Both the position numbers and the translations under genes were made by a program. A stretch of DNA of 64,000 nucleotides from Heteronotia binoei (lineage: Eukaryota): contig NC_083230.1 of the NCBI RefSeq assembly GCF_032191835.1, positions 75,950,001 through 76,014,000 of the forward strand. Reading direction: 5' to 3'. Positions 12,352 through 24,225 of this stretch are shown here, one piece after another. The notes beneath the pieces are model-generated. The model saw only the letters and a program-made list of their open reading frames with translations, ran no database searches and was not told the DNA's origin. Position 1 is the first letter of the stretch. Each line of letters opens with the position of its first letter.

Positions 12352-12694
12352 TAGGGTTCACAGCTTCTTGCTGAGGGTGTGAGTTCCCCTGATTTGGGGC
12401 CCTCCAACCTGCCACCATTGAATTGGCTGGTGGGGGAACCCCGCCCCTGAAGAGTACTGGTGCTCCGCGACTTTTCTGGCATGATGACATCACCCAAAAG
12501 TGACATTAATGTTCTGGGCGCATTGCAGGGGGGGGGGGACACTGTAGTATTTTTTTGGGGGGGAGGGAAATCTATGACAATAATAGAGTATCCCCCTTGC
12601 AACGTCACTTCTGAGCGATGCCATCACACCATTCATGCTACGAAAGCCCAAAGAAAGTACCCCTGCAACGAGCCAGGTAAGACCTGGCAACCCT
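12352..12694. mobile_element. hAT (TAGGGTTGCC-type) MITE with internal tgacatca motifs
   Basis: TAGGGTTCA...TGGCAACCCTA termini; related to 23361-23793. Confidence 0.65.
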
Positions 12695-13399
12695 AAGGTG
12701 GGAGGAGTTGAAACTGGCAAGAACCCCATAATTTGAGAAAGAGGGGGGTATTCCAAAGTTTAAACCATTTATTGAAAGAAAACCATACTGTACACATTTC
12801 CAAGCAACAAGCAAGTTCAGTATTCATCTTACAAAAGGGGAAAGACAAACCAAATATTTATAACCAATAGTGCACTTTTATCTAATTAGGAATGCTTTCT
12901 GACACTGTATCAAGTCCTAACCACAGCGTCGGCAGAGAGCCCTTAGCATCTCAAACACTGGTGTTAAATACCTTTAGAGTCCAGATGGTGCGGATTAATG
13001 GTGAATCAAGAAATCAGGTGGTTCTGACATCACCCAGACCCTTCCCTTTTCTGAGTAGAAAACTCTGACCAGAGTCATTGCATTACTAGGTTAAAACACC
13101 CTCCCTGTCAAAAAAAGAGCTTGTAGCCACAGGTCTTCATATCTAGAAGTTTTGACTTCGAGACTGGAACTCATAAATGTAAACAGTTCTTTTTCAGCAG
13201 AGTGCAGGGTGTATTGTCAGACTTGGAGAACCTCCTGAAATGCCTTATGGAAGAGAGAAAAAACAGAAAAGCCTAAGCAAATTTAGGCTACTGTACAGAA
13301 CTATCCCCTGTTCACCACTAAAAATTCTGATTGTGCCACTGCCTCATGTGGGAGGTAGAAAATGTGGTGCAGGGAGAGTGCCAGATGAGGTGGAACCCG

Positions 13400-13700
13400 T
13401 TGCTGTCTTCAGCCAAAATCTTGGCAGAACATCTCTGCTTTGCACATCCTGTAGAACTGTGTTAGATCCTGCAGGGCATGGATGTTCTTCATCAGAGAGT
13501 TTCACCAGGTTGGGGCCAGGAGCAAAAAGGTCCTGGGACTGGTCAAGGACAGCCAGAAGTTTTTCAGGCTGGGGATCGCCAGTAGGTTCTTCTCTGCAGA
13601 GTGTAGTGTTCTTTCAGAAGTATACCAGAAGAGGAAGTCCTGAGATTTCTTGACTGGGGCTGTGATTACCTAAAGACTAAACTGATATTTTAAATTGCAC
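13400..13700 (-). mobile_element. Degenerate L2-type LINE 3' fragment
   Basis: ctggccccaacctggtgaaac...gccctgcaggatc shared with the other L2 3' ends in the window. Confidence 0.6.
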
Positions 13701-15058
13701 CATGGCTTTGTTGGTGAAACAGGCAGTGCAGCTTTGGTCTTCGCTCCCATGGATGAAATCATTACTATTTGTGCCCATTTCTATCAATATTATGTCAAGC
13801 TGAGGGCAGGGCATGGGCTGAGGGAGCATGGGATACTGACTAACCCTAATCTGACTAAACCCTGGATATGGGCTAATCCTAATCTGACTAAATCCCAGGA
13901 AACTAATTCTCCCTGGGTATGCCCCTTCGAATTGCCATTTCTAGCAATGGGTAAAAAAGGGTAAACTGAGGGTCTGCATCTGGGTAATGTTTTTCCAAAT
14001 AATGCTGCCAGCTAGTCTTAGAGCAGAGAGCTTAATACCACTGCACTGGGAAATTTACATTTTTATTAAAAGCAGCATAAGATACTTCCTTTTATCAATT
14101 GCTTTTGCTGTACATATTACTCAGTATAAAATACAATTAGAGATGTCTTCTGCACAGTTCATACCCATGTAGAATTCAGTTAACAAAGAAAAATACAAAA
14201 TTTTCTCCCGTCCTATAGTTCTCTGCTTTTTTTAAATAAAAGAAGCTGTGTGGATATTTTCTTCTATTTCATCACCTTTGTGACATGGCAATGTCTCATC
14301 AATGTAATTGTTTCAAGAGATGGGGGCCTTTGATCCCCATCAAGCCACTTGGGCATGCCCTTGTGTTGTTTGAAATTGCACCCGTGGCCTTGTGGATTGT
14401 ATAACATTAGTTCTCTTCATGTAGTTCATGTCCAAATTGTACAAACAAAATGTGTCTGCAATATTTTCTGGCAGATTACAGACCTGCATTGTGGCAAAAT
14501 ACTTCCATCTGTTCCTTTGATCTGTGAACAAAAATCTGTCTCCTGGTTTGTGCACATCCATGAACAGAAGATCTGTCATGCCTATCAACTCTGAAGATTA
14601 TTATCATGTTTGGTACTGATGAATGTTGCCTTTGGCTTTTTAAGATAAAGAATTCCTTGCTAATTCTGCATAAGTATTTATCCAGTTTCTTGCCCTTCAG
14701 TCAACCCTCCTTTTTATTGGTTGAAAACATACCACACAACCTTTAAAACTTCTCAGCAGTTTCATCAGGCACATCACAACTGAAGCAGAAATTATTTGAC
14801 ATGTAGGATTTTAAGAGCTGCGGCTAGGAGAAAACTAAACCTTTTGCATCTGTGGAAGTGGGTTCCTGTGGTGATCCTGTTCAGCAATCCATCTGCAAGC
14901 ACTCCTGCTTTTGCCTGAACACTGGATACCTTCTGATTCCTCAGTAAAGTATAGCACATTGTATCCTTATCACTGAGGCTCAGAATATCCTATTTGACAA
15001 AAAAGTATGGTAACGTTCTGTAAACTATTGTTATGCCATTAAAGATTATTGGAATTGG

Positions 15059-15240
15059 CAGGGCTTTTTTTGTAGCAGGAACCCCTTTGCATATTAGGCT
15101 GCACCCCTCTGGTGTAGCTAATCCTCCAAGAGCTTACACTAGGCCCTATAAGAACAGCCCTGTAAACTCTTGGAGGATTGGCTACATTAGCGGAGTGTAG
15201 CCTAATATGCAAAGGAGTTCGTGCTACAAAAAAAGCCCTG
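15059..15240. mobile_element. Hairpin hAT MITE (182 bp)
   Basis: About 80-bp inverted arms; TSD GGAATTGG/GAAATTGG. Confidence 0.85.
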
Positions 15241-15377
15241 GAAATTGGTAATGTTTCTTAGCAATTGTAAATATCCCCTTCAGCAGGACTTTATAGCTCT
15301 AGTCAAACAGCCACCAGGACTTGTGGAAGGTGATCCTCCCACCTGGCTGAAGGGCATGAGCAACTGTGTGTGAAAAG

Positions 15378-15975
15378 TCATTCATTCATTCATTCATTCA
15401 TTCATTCATTCATTCATTCATTCATTCATTCATTCATTCATTCATATTTCTATCCTGCCTTTCCTAGATGGGCTGAGGGCAGGTCACATCAATAAAATAG
15501 ATTACATAATTTCTAAAACAACTAACGAAACAAAAAACCAAACAAACTAATTGACTGACTAAAAATTCAGATGGTGACCATTTCAAAATCCTGGTCCCTA
15601 GCTGAACAATAACAATAGATTATCATAATCATAGTCAGTCACTACTCCAAAGTGGGCCAGCACTTGACAGGGAGATAATATCAGTGTTCAGTGATGTCCA
15701 CCACCTCAATTAAAGGCCTGGTGAAACAGCTCTGTTTTACAGGCCCTGTGGAATTTCAGCAAGCTCTGCAGGGTCTGGATCTGTAGTGGGAGCTTGTTCC
15801 ACCAGGCAGGGGCCAGGACAGAAAAAGCCCTGGCCCAAGTTGAGGCTAAGTGGACATCCTTTGGGCCAGGGACAACCAGAAGATGTTGCTCAGCAGAGTG
15901 TAAAGTTCTCTGGGGGTATATGGGGAGAGGTGGTCTATTAGATATACTGGTACTATGCTGTTAAGGGCTTTAAAT
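15378..15975 (-). mobile_element. L2-type LINE 3' end with (TCAT)17 tail microsatellite
   Basis: (TCAT)17 at 15378-15445 followed by L2 3' sequence (ggccctgtggaatttc...ggggccaggac). Confidence 0.75.
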
Positions 15976-16647
15976 GTTAACATACAAGTTATCACAGTTC
16001 TGATGCTGAAAGTGGCAGAGAAAGAAACAAAGTCTGCTTTGAGATGGCTCTGAAGCACCTTGGGAATGCAGAAGCTCCCTCTCTTTTTCTCTCTGAGGTT
16101 CTGGTGGGGGTGGAGTAGCTGATCTACTACCTTGCAGAAATGCCTCTGTGTCTCCACTCTGTTCTGTCTCTATAGTTGTAAATAAAGCCAGTACTGCAAA
16201 AACGCCATAATTCTTTTGTGCTCTTCACCTTCCTCCAAAGCAAACCATACTGAATAAACACTAGCCCATGAAACGTCGCATAACTTGGTGAACTGGGGCA
16301 GGTGTAACAAAATGTTCCCACTACCTTGAAATATGCCAAGATATGAAGATATTGTAAAAGATCATCAGGTGTTGAGCTATCAAGAAGTCGTTTTAACATT
16401 AGGGGATAGGCCAATGTTATTTCAGTTTTTTTCCCTTCAGATCAGGCACTTGCCAAACACGTTGTTCAGGAAATATAGTGGATAAACATCAAAAAGGGAT
16501 TCTTTATAATCTGTGCTGATCAGCGACTGGTGGTTTACTTGTCAAAATTTATTCTTTATGACTAAATCTAGAAAATGATATTTTAACCAAAATTAGAAAA
16601 TGGAATAGGGATTTACAGGTGAATATTGATTTGGAGGGGAAGGCACC

Positions 16648-16750
16648 ATGGTACAGCCCCATTTTGTCAGATCTCTGAAGCTAAGCAGGGTTGGTAGATG
16701 GAAAGGGGACCACCAAGGGAGACTCTGCAGAGCAAGGAAATGAATTATCT
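16648..16750 (+). mobile_element. 5S rRNA-derived SINE fragment
   Basis: gtcagatctctgaagctaagcagggt matches the 5S internal region, then non-5S body. Confidence 0.65.
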
Positions 16751-16940
16751 CTGCTTCTCACATACATCTATTACATTTTCTAATATAATAGATGCATCTG
16801 AACTACCTCTGCTTCTCACATACATCTATTGCAACAAGCTGCCCTGAGCCTGTTCACAGGGAGGGCAGGATATAAATAGAAATAAATAAATAAATATTTT
16901 TGGATATTATAATGTTTTGGAATAATAAGGTAAGAAAGTG

Positions 16941-17404
16941 ACCAATTCCACAGTCACTGTTGCTCCGCCTCCAGGCTTCTCCTTTTGTCAGATCATGCAA
17001 TTGATTCCCCACCAGCTGCTCTGTGGGCGCATTTTGATCCATGGTTCCCTTCAATTCTCTCTGTGTTTTCTCTATCTCTAAAAAGCCAGGGAAAGCAGAA
17101 GCCCAGGGGTGGAGCAACAGTGATACCGTTTTCGCACACAGTTTACCATGCGGTCACATTCCTGTTCTCTCCATAGCGTCCATCGGATTTCCTACTATCT
17201 GCGCTGGAGTTACAGGAAGTGCCACGGCTTTTGCGTAGCAAACATAAACTGGGTTTTAGTGGTTTACATTTGCTATCCAAAAGCCGGGGCACTTCCTGTA
17301 ACTTTGGTGCAGATAGTGGGAAATCCGATGGACACTGCGGAGAGAACAGAAACATGACCACGTGGTAAGCTGTGTGCGAAAACGGTCAAACTGTGGAATT
17401 GGTC
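16941..17404. mobile_element. Nested palindromic Harbinger-like MITEs (outer 16941-17404, inner about 17124-17387)
   Basis: Outer TIR GACCAATTCCACAG/CTGTGGAATTGGTC; inner ACCGTTTTCGCAC/GTGCGAAAACGGT with about 120-bp arms; inner element splits the outer right arm. Confidence 0.8.
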
Positions 17405-17635
17405 AGTGTTTTCTGACTTATTATAATGCTTCTTTGTTTCTTTCTGTGATTAGGGATATAATTATGTTATATTATATTCTGAAAAATCCAATACAAATGG
17501 GGGGGGGGGGAAATCTGTGAATTCATTTTTTACATGAATAGCATGAAAATAAATTGTGTTGAAAATCCACAAGATCATGTGTATGTTGATGAGATATCAG
17601 TACCATGTACAAATTGACATATAAACCAAGTAGTC

Positions 17636-17740
17636 AGGGGTCCCCAACCTTTTTCAGCCTGCTGGCACCTTAAGAAATCTGACACTGGATGGATACAACC
17701 ACAAAATGGCTGCCACAGGAGGCGGAGCCAACCACAAGAT
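17636..17740. mobile_element. hAT (Charlie-like) MITE fragment
   Basis: CAGGGGTCCCCAACCTTTTT terminus; contains two AACCACA motifs. Confidence 0.6.
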
Positions 17741-17898
17741 GACTTTTTAACAGTTTTGAATTGGAGTGGAGATACTTGGGAGCTACTTCACACAAACAAC
17801 TTGATGTATGGAGCAGCTAGGTTCAAACAGCAGTGGACATCCACATCACTGTATCTAAATAAATTGTTCAATTCTAAGCAGAATTACACCCTTTTAAG

Positions 17899-18573
17899 TA
17901 GGCTTGCCAATCCCCAGGTCCCAGCGGGGGTTCTTCCGCTTTCCCAGGCTCCTTCCCGCCCCCAGTAAGCTGGCCAGCGGGGGGAAGCCCCTCCCCAAGA
18001 GGACCATGTGTCTTTACACCTCCAGAGGCTTCAGTCTCTGATTGAAAGACTTCCTATTGGGATGGTGTGTCTGTGTTACTTTGAAGAAGTTGGCAGCAAC
18101 TCGTGAGTAGAGAGGTCAATTCCTCACTTCAGAGTCACCAGAAACAGGGTGGGGGAGGTAAATGTCTGCTGAGCACTTCATTATTCCCTATGTGGAGATC
18201 AGTTCTCATAGGGTATAATGGGGAATTGATCTGGAGGTTTCGGGGACTCTGGGGGAGCTGTTTTTTGAGGTAGAGGCACCAAATTTTCAGAATAGTATCT
18301 AGTGTCTCTCCCCAAAGTACCCCCAAGTTTCAAAACATTTGGACCAGGGGGTCCAATTCTATGAGCCCCAAAAGAAGGTGCCCCTATCCTTCATTATTTC
18401 CTACAGAAGGAAGACATTTAAAAAGGTGTGCTGTCCCTTTAAATGTGATGGCCAGAACTCCCTTGGAGTTCAATTATGCTTGTCACACCCTTGTTCCTGG
18501 CTCCGCCCCCAATGTCTCCTGGCTCCACCCCCAAAGTCCCCAGATATTTCTTGAATTGGACTTGGCAACCCTA
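17899..18573. mobile_element. hAT (TAGGGTTGCC family) element, reverse orientation
   Basis: TSD CTTTTAAG/TTTTTAAG; homologous to 1840-3360 without the LTR. Confidence 0.85.
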
Positions 18574-18894
18574 TTTTTAAGCCCTTTGGATTCAAGTGAT
18601 TTACAAAGGCCTAACTCTGTTTAGGATTGTATTTGATGGATCCCAAAGTAACAAAAGATTGAATAATGAGTTAATGTAGACCATCTTCCGTTATCTTTTT
18701 GTTTACAACTGAAGAAGTTTTTTTAAAAAAAAATGCTTGGCAGGATGTTGGTAATTAAACTGTTTTATTTATTTGCTTTCCCTTGAAAGAAAAGTCCTTA
18801 AAGTCATCTGGAAATTCTGCAAGCCTTTGGCCTGAGGCGGACATGGAAATGGCTGCCAGAACTGGATGTCTTTTGACACAAATGGAAAGTTTTG

Positions 18895-18973
18895 AACCGC
18901 ATACTGTGACAGTAGAATGGCAGTGTTTCAGGGACTCTCTGGCCAGGGGCCTGTTCTAGGCACCGAATATAAA
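18895..18973 (+). promoter_or_regulatory. OC3 proximal promoter: RUNX-type site AACCGCA (18895-18901) and TATA box (18968-18973)
   Basis: TATAAA about 90 nt upstream of the ATG; RACCRCA consensus match about 70 nt further upstream. Confidence 0.65.
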
Positions 18974-19064
18974 CTGCTGCTGAAAAGCAAAGCTCCCAAG
19001 AAGCTGCTGGGTTTTTCAAGAGAAGATTCATCTGTAGAAAGAGTTTTCTACAAGCAGGAAGAAG

Positions 19065-19131
19065 ATGGGAAATCTTCTGATGTTGCTTTTGCTTACTCTG
19101 GTGTTGACAGCCCCCTGCTGTTGTGAAGAAG
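19065..19131 (+). CDS. OC3: Osteocalcin-like Gla protein OC3/Bgp2, exon 1 (signal peptide MGNLLMLLLLTLVLTAPCCCEE)
   Basis: aagATGG Kozak context; hydrophobic signal peptide ending CCCE; phase-1 donor G|GTAAGA. Confidence 0.85.
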
Positions 19132-20094
19132 GTAAGAGAATGTGACCTGGATAAATAGTATTACTTAGCATTTGCATAACAGAATACTTGTGAGTGTTTA
19201 AAGACCTTCACATACATTATCTTGTAATTCAAAAATCCACTATGTCAGACAGATCAGCAGTAGTATCCCCATATAACAGATAGGAGCTGAGAGAGAAAGT
19301 GGCTTGACTGAGTCCATCTTGGAGTATTCATGGCTAAAATTCAAAACAGAGACTGCTTGATTTGAAGTTCTGTCTCCTAGGCGGCAATCTTACGAATGCT
19401 TTCCTAGGTCTAATTGCCATTGAATAAAATGTGACTTACTTCTAAGTAGGCCTGCATAGAATCATTCCCTTAGCCACTATGCTATATAAGTGATCAAACC
19501 ATGATTTTTCATGGGAGCCTGGCAATGTATTCAGACTCTAGCTCAGAAAAGGACAAATTTTATAGAGATAGAATCACAAAACCATTCTTCTCAAACTTGC
19601 TTCAGTTGTGACTGGTATGCTTGCCAATAGTGAACCTGACCATTTGGATGTCCCATGTCCACAAAGTAGCTTTCATCTGGCCTGTTTCATCTGTTATAAC
19701 CACAGCTGTGAAAATAGCCAGCCAGGCAGAGAAATACTTACTTGGAATGAGATTCTGGTGGAAACTGAGCTGGATGTCATACAAAGACTAACAAGGGACA
19801 TCAGAGCCATAAACTTATGCTAATTTTACACTAGTTTAATTCTTGTCTTATAAAAAAAATTACTTTTGCATTTAAAAACATTACAGCTTGCTCAGAGAGG
19901 TTCATAATAATAATGGCTTCTCTCCCAAAGAATCCTGGAAACTAGAAAGGATGCTAAGAACTCAAAATGATAGTAAGGGTCTCTAAAACCTACCCTTCCT
20001 AGTGTTTCTTGGGGTGAAGAAAGACTACCTGTGCAGCCCAATCCTATGAAAGGTTATTTTAAGTTAAATCCTACTGAGTTTAATATAGCTTACT

Positions 20095-20229
20095 CAGGGT
20101 TTTGTTTGTAGAACAAGCCCATTTTCATTTTGTTTGTAGAACAAACTCATTTTCATATTAGGCCACACCCCCTGACGCCAAGCCAGCCGGAACTACGTTC
20201 CTGTGTGTTCCTGCTCAAAAAAAGCCCTG
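20095..20229. mobile_element. hAT MITE (CAGGGCTTTT family)
   Basis: Perfect 8-bp TSD AGCTTACT (20087-20094 / 20230-20237). Confidence 0.85.
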
Positions 20230-20491
20230 AGCTTACTCATAAAACATGCATAAGACAACAAGAGTAGTTGCTTATACAAGCGTTATTCACGAATGATATG
20301 GGAATACATGCACCCACAGATGGACAAGGATGAAAGGAGTAAATCTTCCCCTTGGAGTAACTCCTGAATTTCACACAAGCAAATATCAGCTATTATTTAC
20401 ATCACATAAAATGCCCTTATGAACAGGAAGCTGATGAACAGAAGCACCATCCTCTGGCTAGTCTACTTTCCTTCATGAATCAGATTATATG

Positions 20492-20973
20492 TAGGGTTGC
20501 CAATCTCTTGTTGGAGGCAGGGGATCCCCCCACTTCAGGGTTATCAGAAAGCAAGGGGGGGAATGTCAGCCTTTTATATTATACCCTACAGAGACCATTT
20601 CCCACAGGGTATAATGGAGAATCAATCCAGGAGTATCTGGGGCTCTGGGGGGGGGGGGCTGTTGATGGAGGTAGAGGCACCAAATTTTCAGTACAACATC
20701 TGGTGCCTCTCTTCAAGAAACCTCCCAAGTTTCAAGACGATTGAATCAGGAGCTACAATTCTATGAGCTCCAAAAGAAGGTTCCCCATGCTCCATTATTT
20801 CCAATGAAGGGAAGGCACTTAAAAGGAGCACAGTCCCTTTAAATGTGATGGCCAGAACTTTCTTCAGAGTTCAATTGTGCTTGTCACAACCTTGCTCCTG
20901 GCTCCATCCCCAAAGTCTCTTGGCTGCTTCCCAAAGTCCCCAGATATTTTCTGAGTGGGACCTGGCAACCCTA
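20492..20973. mobile_element. hAT (TAGGGTTGCC family) MITE, older copy
   Basis: Both termini present; body homologous to 32528-33039; no clean TSD. Confidence 0.75.
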
Positions 20974-22149
20974 TCTGACACATCATGGAACTATTTTTAA
21001 AACGTCAGTTGACTAGGAGTCCATATACATATGCCTTAGCTGTTTCTGGATGTTTTTACAAAGAACGTGTTACGAATTTATAAATTCAGGTATCCCAAGA
21101 GAATGTGTGTGCCCAGATAAATAGGGGAGACAAATAAGTTCCTGCTTCTTATGCTTTTTCATAAGGTGCACTCAGATGGGCAGGTTGCCGTGGCATTATC
21201 TTGCCATGTGAGTTTGGAGTAGTTTATGTTGATCAGACAGTGCCTCCTAAGCTATCATCATAGTGTCCATGGTTGGTTGTCCACACGGTTAATGCGCTGC
21301 AACCACAGATCCAGGGCTGGATTGGGTGTTTATTTTTTCAAATTCCCGCTGTGCATGTGCAGAAGCAGACAAGTGCCACACATGCTTCTGGCTGGTTCTA
21401 GGGGGGCACTGAAGCACACATCAGAATGTGGTTGGGGGAAAAAAAGAATACACTGAAAATTGAGTGGAATGATCACATTGTTCATTAGTTTCCATGGCGC
21501 ACTGAGGCAATCAGGCAGTTGGAAACATGCCATGGAAGCGCTTCACTGGGGTAGCCACTGGTATTTGCTGGCGGCTATCTAATGCATGTGGGAGTCCTTT
21601 TAGCACAAGGTAAGGACGAGTAGAGCATGGGAGTCAGATGTGCCCATTTGATTGTGCCCATTTGATCCGGAGGGGAGGGATGGCTATGTTGGGCCATACT
21701 GCTGATGTGATCACACCCAAAGTATCTTCAACCTTGATATTTAAGGGGACAGAAGCAAGAGGAGCAAGCCCTGTTGGGGAAGAAATGATTTGGCTTTCTC
21801 CCTTATCAGGCTTTTGGTGTGCTTTGACAGTTTGAACAAGAGTGAGCTAGTAGATGCTACATACTTGGAATTCCAAAACAGACACACACACACACAAACA
21901 AACAAACACACACACACGCATGCACACACACACACAGACAGAGTTTCTGGCAAAATCCCTTACCACAGATTTCAGAATATAGAAGGCATGTGATGAGTGG
22001 GTGTGTCTTCTTGTGGATTAGTAATTGGTTAAATAACCCACAGCACAGGACAGAAGAAAATGGCTTGTTCTGCATTAGGCATTATTTTAAAAATATTTTA
22101 CAGTAATGCATAAATAAGTACAGCTCTAGGATGTGGTTTTGGTCACCCC

Positions 22150-23030
22150 TTGGCATAGATCTGGAAAAAAAGCAGAAATGGTTAACCAAAATGATCAAGG
22201 GGTTTCTTCTGTCTAAGGAAGGCTAAATAATCATCTGTTTTTAAGAAAAAGGATATGAAAGGGAGAGGGATATAACAGAGGTTTGTAAAATTATGTATAA
22301 TGTTGAAAAAGTGGAGAGATCACCTTACTAGAATTCAGGGACAACAAAGTTGATGGAGAATAAATTCAAGAAAGACAAACAAGAGGGGGTGTCAAGCATG
22401 CGGGTTCAATGACGAGTCGAAGTTGATACCAAGACTACGTTTATTGATAGACCGATACTTTCTGTGTAACAGATTCTTGAGAGTAGGGTTGCCAAGTCCA
22501 ATTTAAGAAATATCTGTTATACCCCTCTCCCTTTCATATCATAACACACACAACATATACTTTCAATCCATTTTCAATGCACTTTACAACTGGATTTTAC
22601 TGTGTGAACTGGCAAAATTAAGTTGGAAAGTGCATTGAAAGTGATTTGAAAGTGTATTATTTAGTGTGTGATCGCAGAATAGTATTTTATCACATAGCTA
22701 AATTATGGAATAAATTAGATAATATTCAAGATAGACAAAGGAAGTATTTTATCATATAACTTACGGAATTTACTGTCAGAAAATGAAGCTGACTACTAGT
22801 TTTAAATGGTTGTAAATGGTGATTAGAAAAATTCATGAATGCTATGTCTATCAATTGCTATTAGGTATGGTGGCAAAATGAAGCCTGCATGATCAGAAGC
22901 AGGATGCCCCATAGTGTCAATTGATGGGTGCCTCTACATCTAATTTGTTGCCTTTGTCCAGGCATCTAATCAGCCACTGTGGGATAATGGACTAAATGAA
23001 TCTTCAGCCTGCTCCATTAGGGCTCTTATG
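22150..23030 (+). mobile_element. Highly degenerate CR1 3' fragment interrupted by an LTR end, a hAT end and a MITE (about 22385-22680)
   Basis: aaaatgatcaagggg, gacaaaggaagtatttt, gggctcttatg CR1 remnants. Confidence 0.5.
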
Positions 23031-23201
23031 AGTTCATACCATTGGCTTCTGAACAAACTGTCAATGGCAGAAAATTATTTGGGAGTGCTTTATAACTTCT
23101 TTTATTTGTTTTAAATTATGGACTACCTTAAGTGCTTAATAAGACATGGTGGTATATAAATGTGACACTGGTTTTATTCTATCTCTTCTGTTGTTTTCCA
23201 G

Positions 23202-23225
23202 ATACAAAGAGGCCCTTGGGTGAAA
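23202..23225 (+). CDS. OC3: OC3/Bgp2 exon 2 (24 nt, (D)TKRPLGE)
   Basis: Long polypyrimidine tract ending ttccAG; donor A|GTATGT; phase 1-1 keeps the frame; read-through hits TAA, so the exon must end here or at the weaker GTGAAA donor 6 nt earlier. Confidence 0.65.
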
Positions 23226-23360
23226 GTATGTGGCATCCATAAGTTTCCAAAGTCCTCTTTGAACCCAATTTGCAAAACAGGCTTTTGCCAAATCTATGGG
23301 AGACAGGTTGTTGTCACTGCATTTGATTTTTGTGGATCCTCCATAACTGGCTGCTAGTAA

Positions 23361-23793
23361 TAGGGTTGCCCAGTCCCCCGCAGCTTCTGGCGAGGGACTT
23401 TTTTCACATGCGCATTGCACGCATGGTGCAATGACACCACCCAGAAGTGACATCATCACATTGGTGACACTGTGTGCTGGCTGCTCTAGGTGTTTCTGGG
23501 AAAACTATGGTTTTTCTGGATGCTCCAGTGATTTGGGAGGGAAAAACTTCATGGCACCTATTGTACCATAGAGTTGTTCCTCCCAAATCACTAGAGCGTT
23601 CGAGAAAATAATAGAGTTTTCTCAGAAATGCCTAGAGTGGCTGGTATACAGCGTCGCTGGCACAATGACATCACTTCTGGGTGACATCACTGTGCCGGTG
23701 ACGTCAGGGGAGGTTCCCCCCACTGGCCGAATGTGGACCAGTGGGTTGGGAACCTCCAGGGCTAAAGAACCCCCACCCGACTTGGCAGCCCTA
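23361..23793. mobile_element. hAT (TAGGGTTGCC-type) MITE with internal inverted repeats
   Basis: Termini TAGGGTTGCC/GGCAGCCCTA; GCTGCTAG on both sides (left copy offset by 3 nt). Confidence 0.75.
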
Positions 23794-24039
23794 GCTGCTA
23801 GATGTGTTCGCCAGTGTAGCCATCTTTTTTTTTAAAAGCAGGGTTATTGAGCCTTTAATTAGTTTATGACAGAAAAAATCCAAAAGGTTCATCTTTTCCC
23901 AGCAATGAGGTACATTGATAGTAGAACCTTAATCTGTTTTTCTGCCACACAGCTCTTAAAGACTCAGAAGTCCTTCTGCAAAAAGTTGACAACCCTAACT
24001 AAATCTAGTATTATTGTTCAGGCTTATCATAAGTGGATT

Positions 24040-24225
24040 TTTTTTATTTACTTCATTTATACCCTGCCTTTCTCCCCTTTGGGAGGGGCCCAAAGCAGCT
24101 TACATCACTCTCCTCTCCTCCGTTTTATCCTCACAACATCCCTGTGAGGGTAGGTGAGGCTGAGAGAGTGTGACTGGCCCAAGGTCACCTAGCCAGCTTC
24201 TGTGGCAGAGTGGAGATTTGAACTA
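24040..24225 (-). mobile_element. Squam3-like SINE (5'-eroded)
   Basis: ttatcctcacaacatccctgtgagg...gactggcccaaggtcacc body with (TTTA) tail. Confidence 0.75.

Noticed and set aside
14340-14594. Coding-looking ORFs (weak PQC..VIC resemblance to a hAT BED finger)
   Set aside because: Similarity too weak and frames disrupted; no support for MGP or any other gene
1-18900. Search for MGP exons upstream of OC3
   Set aside because: No SxES phosphorylation exon, ANxF exon or ExCxxxxxC exon was found; MGP probably lies 5' of this window
21166-21207. Alternative candidate for OC3 exon 2 (42 nt, AG...GTGAGT)
   Set aside because: Splicing to exon 3 would create T+GA, a stop codon
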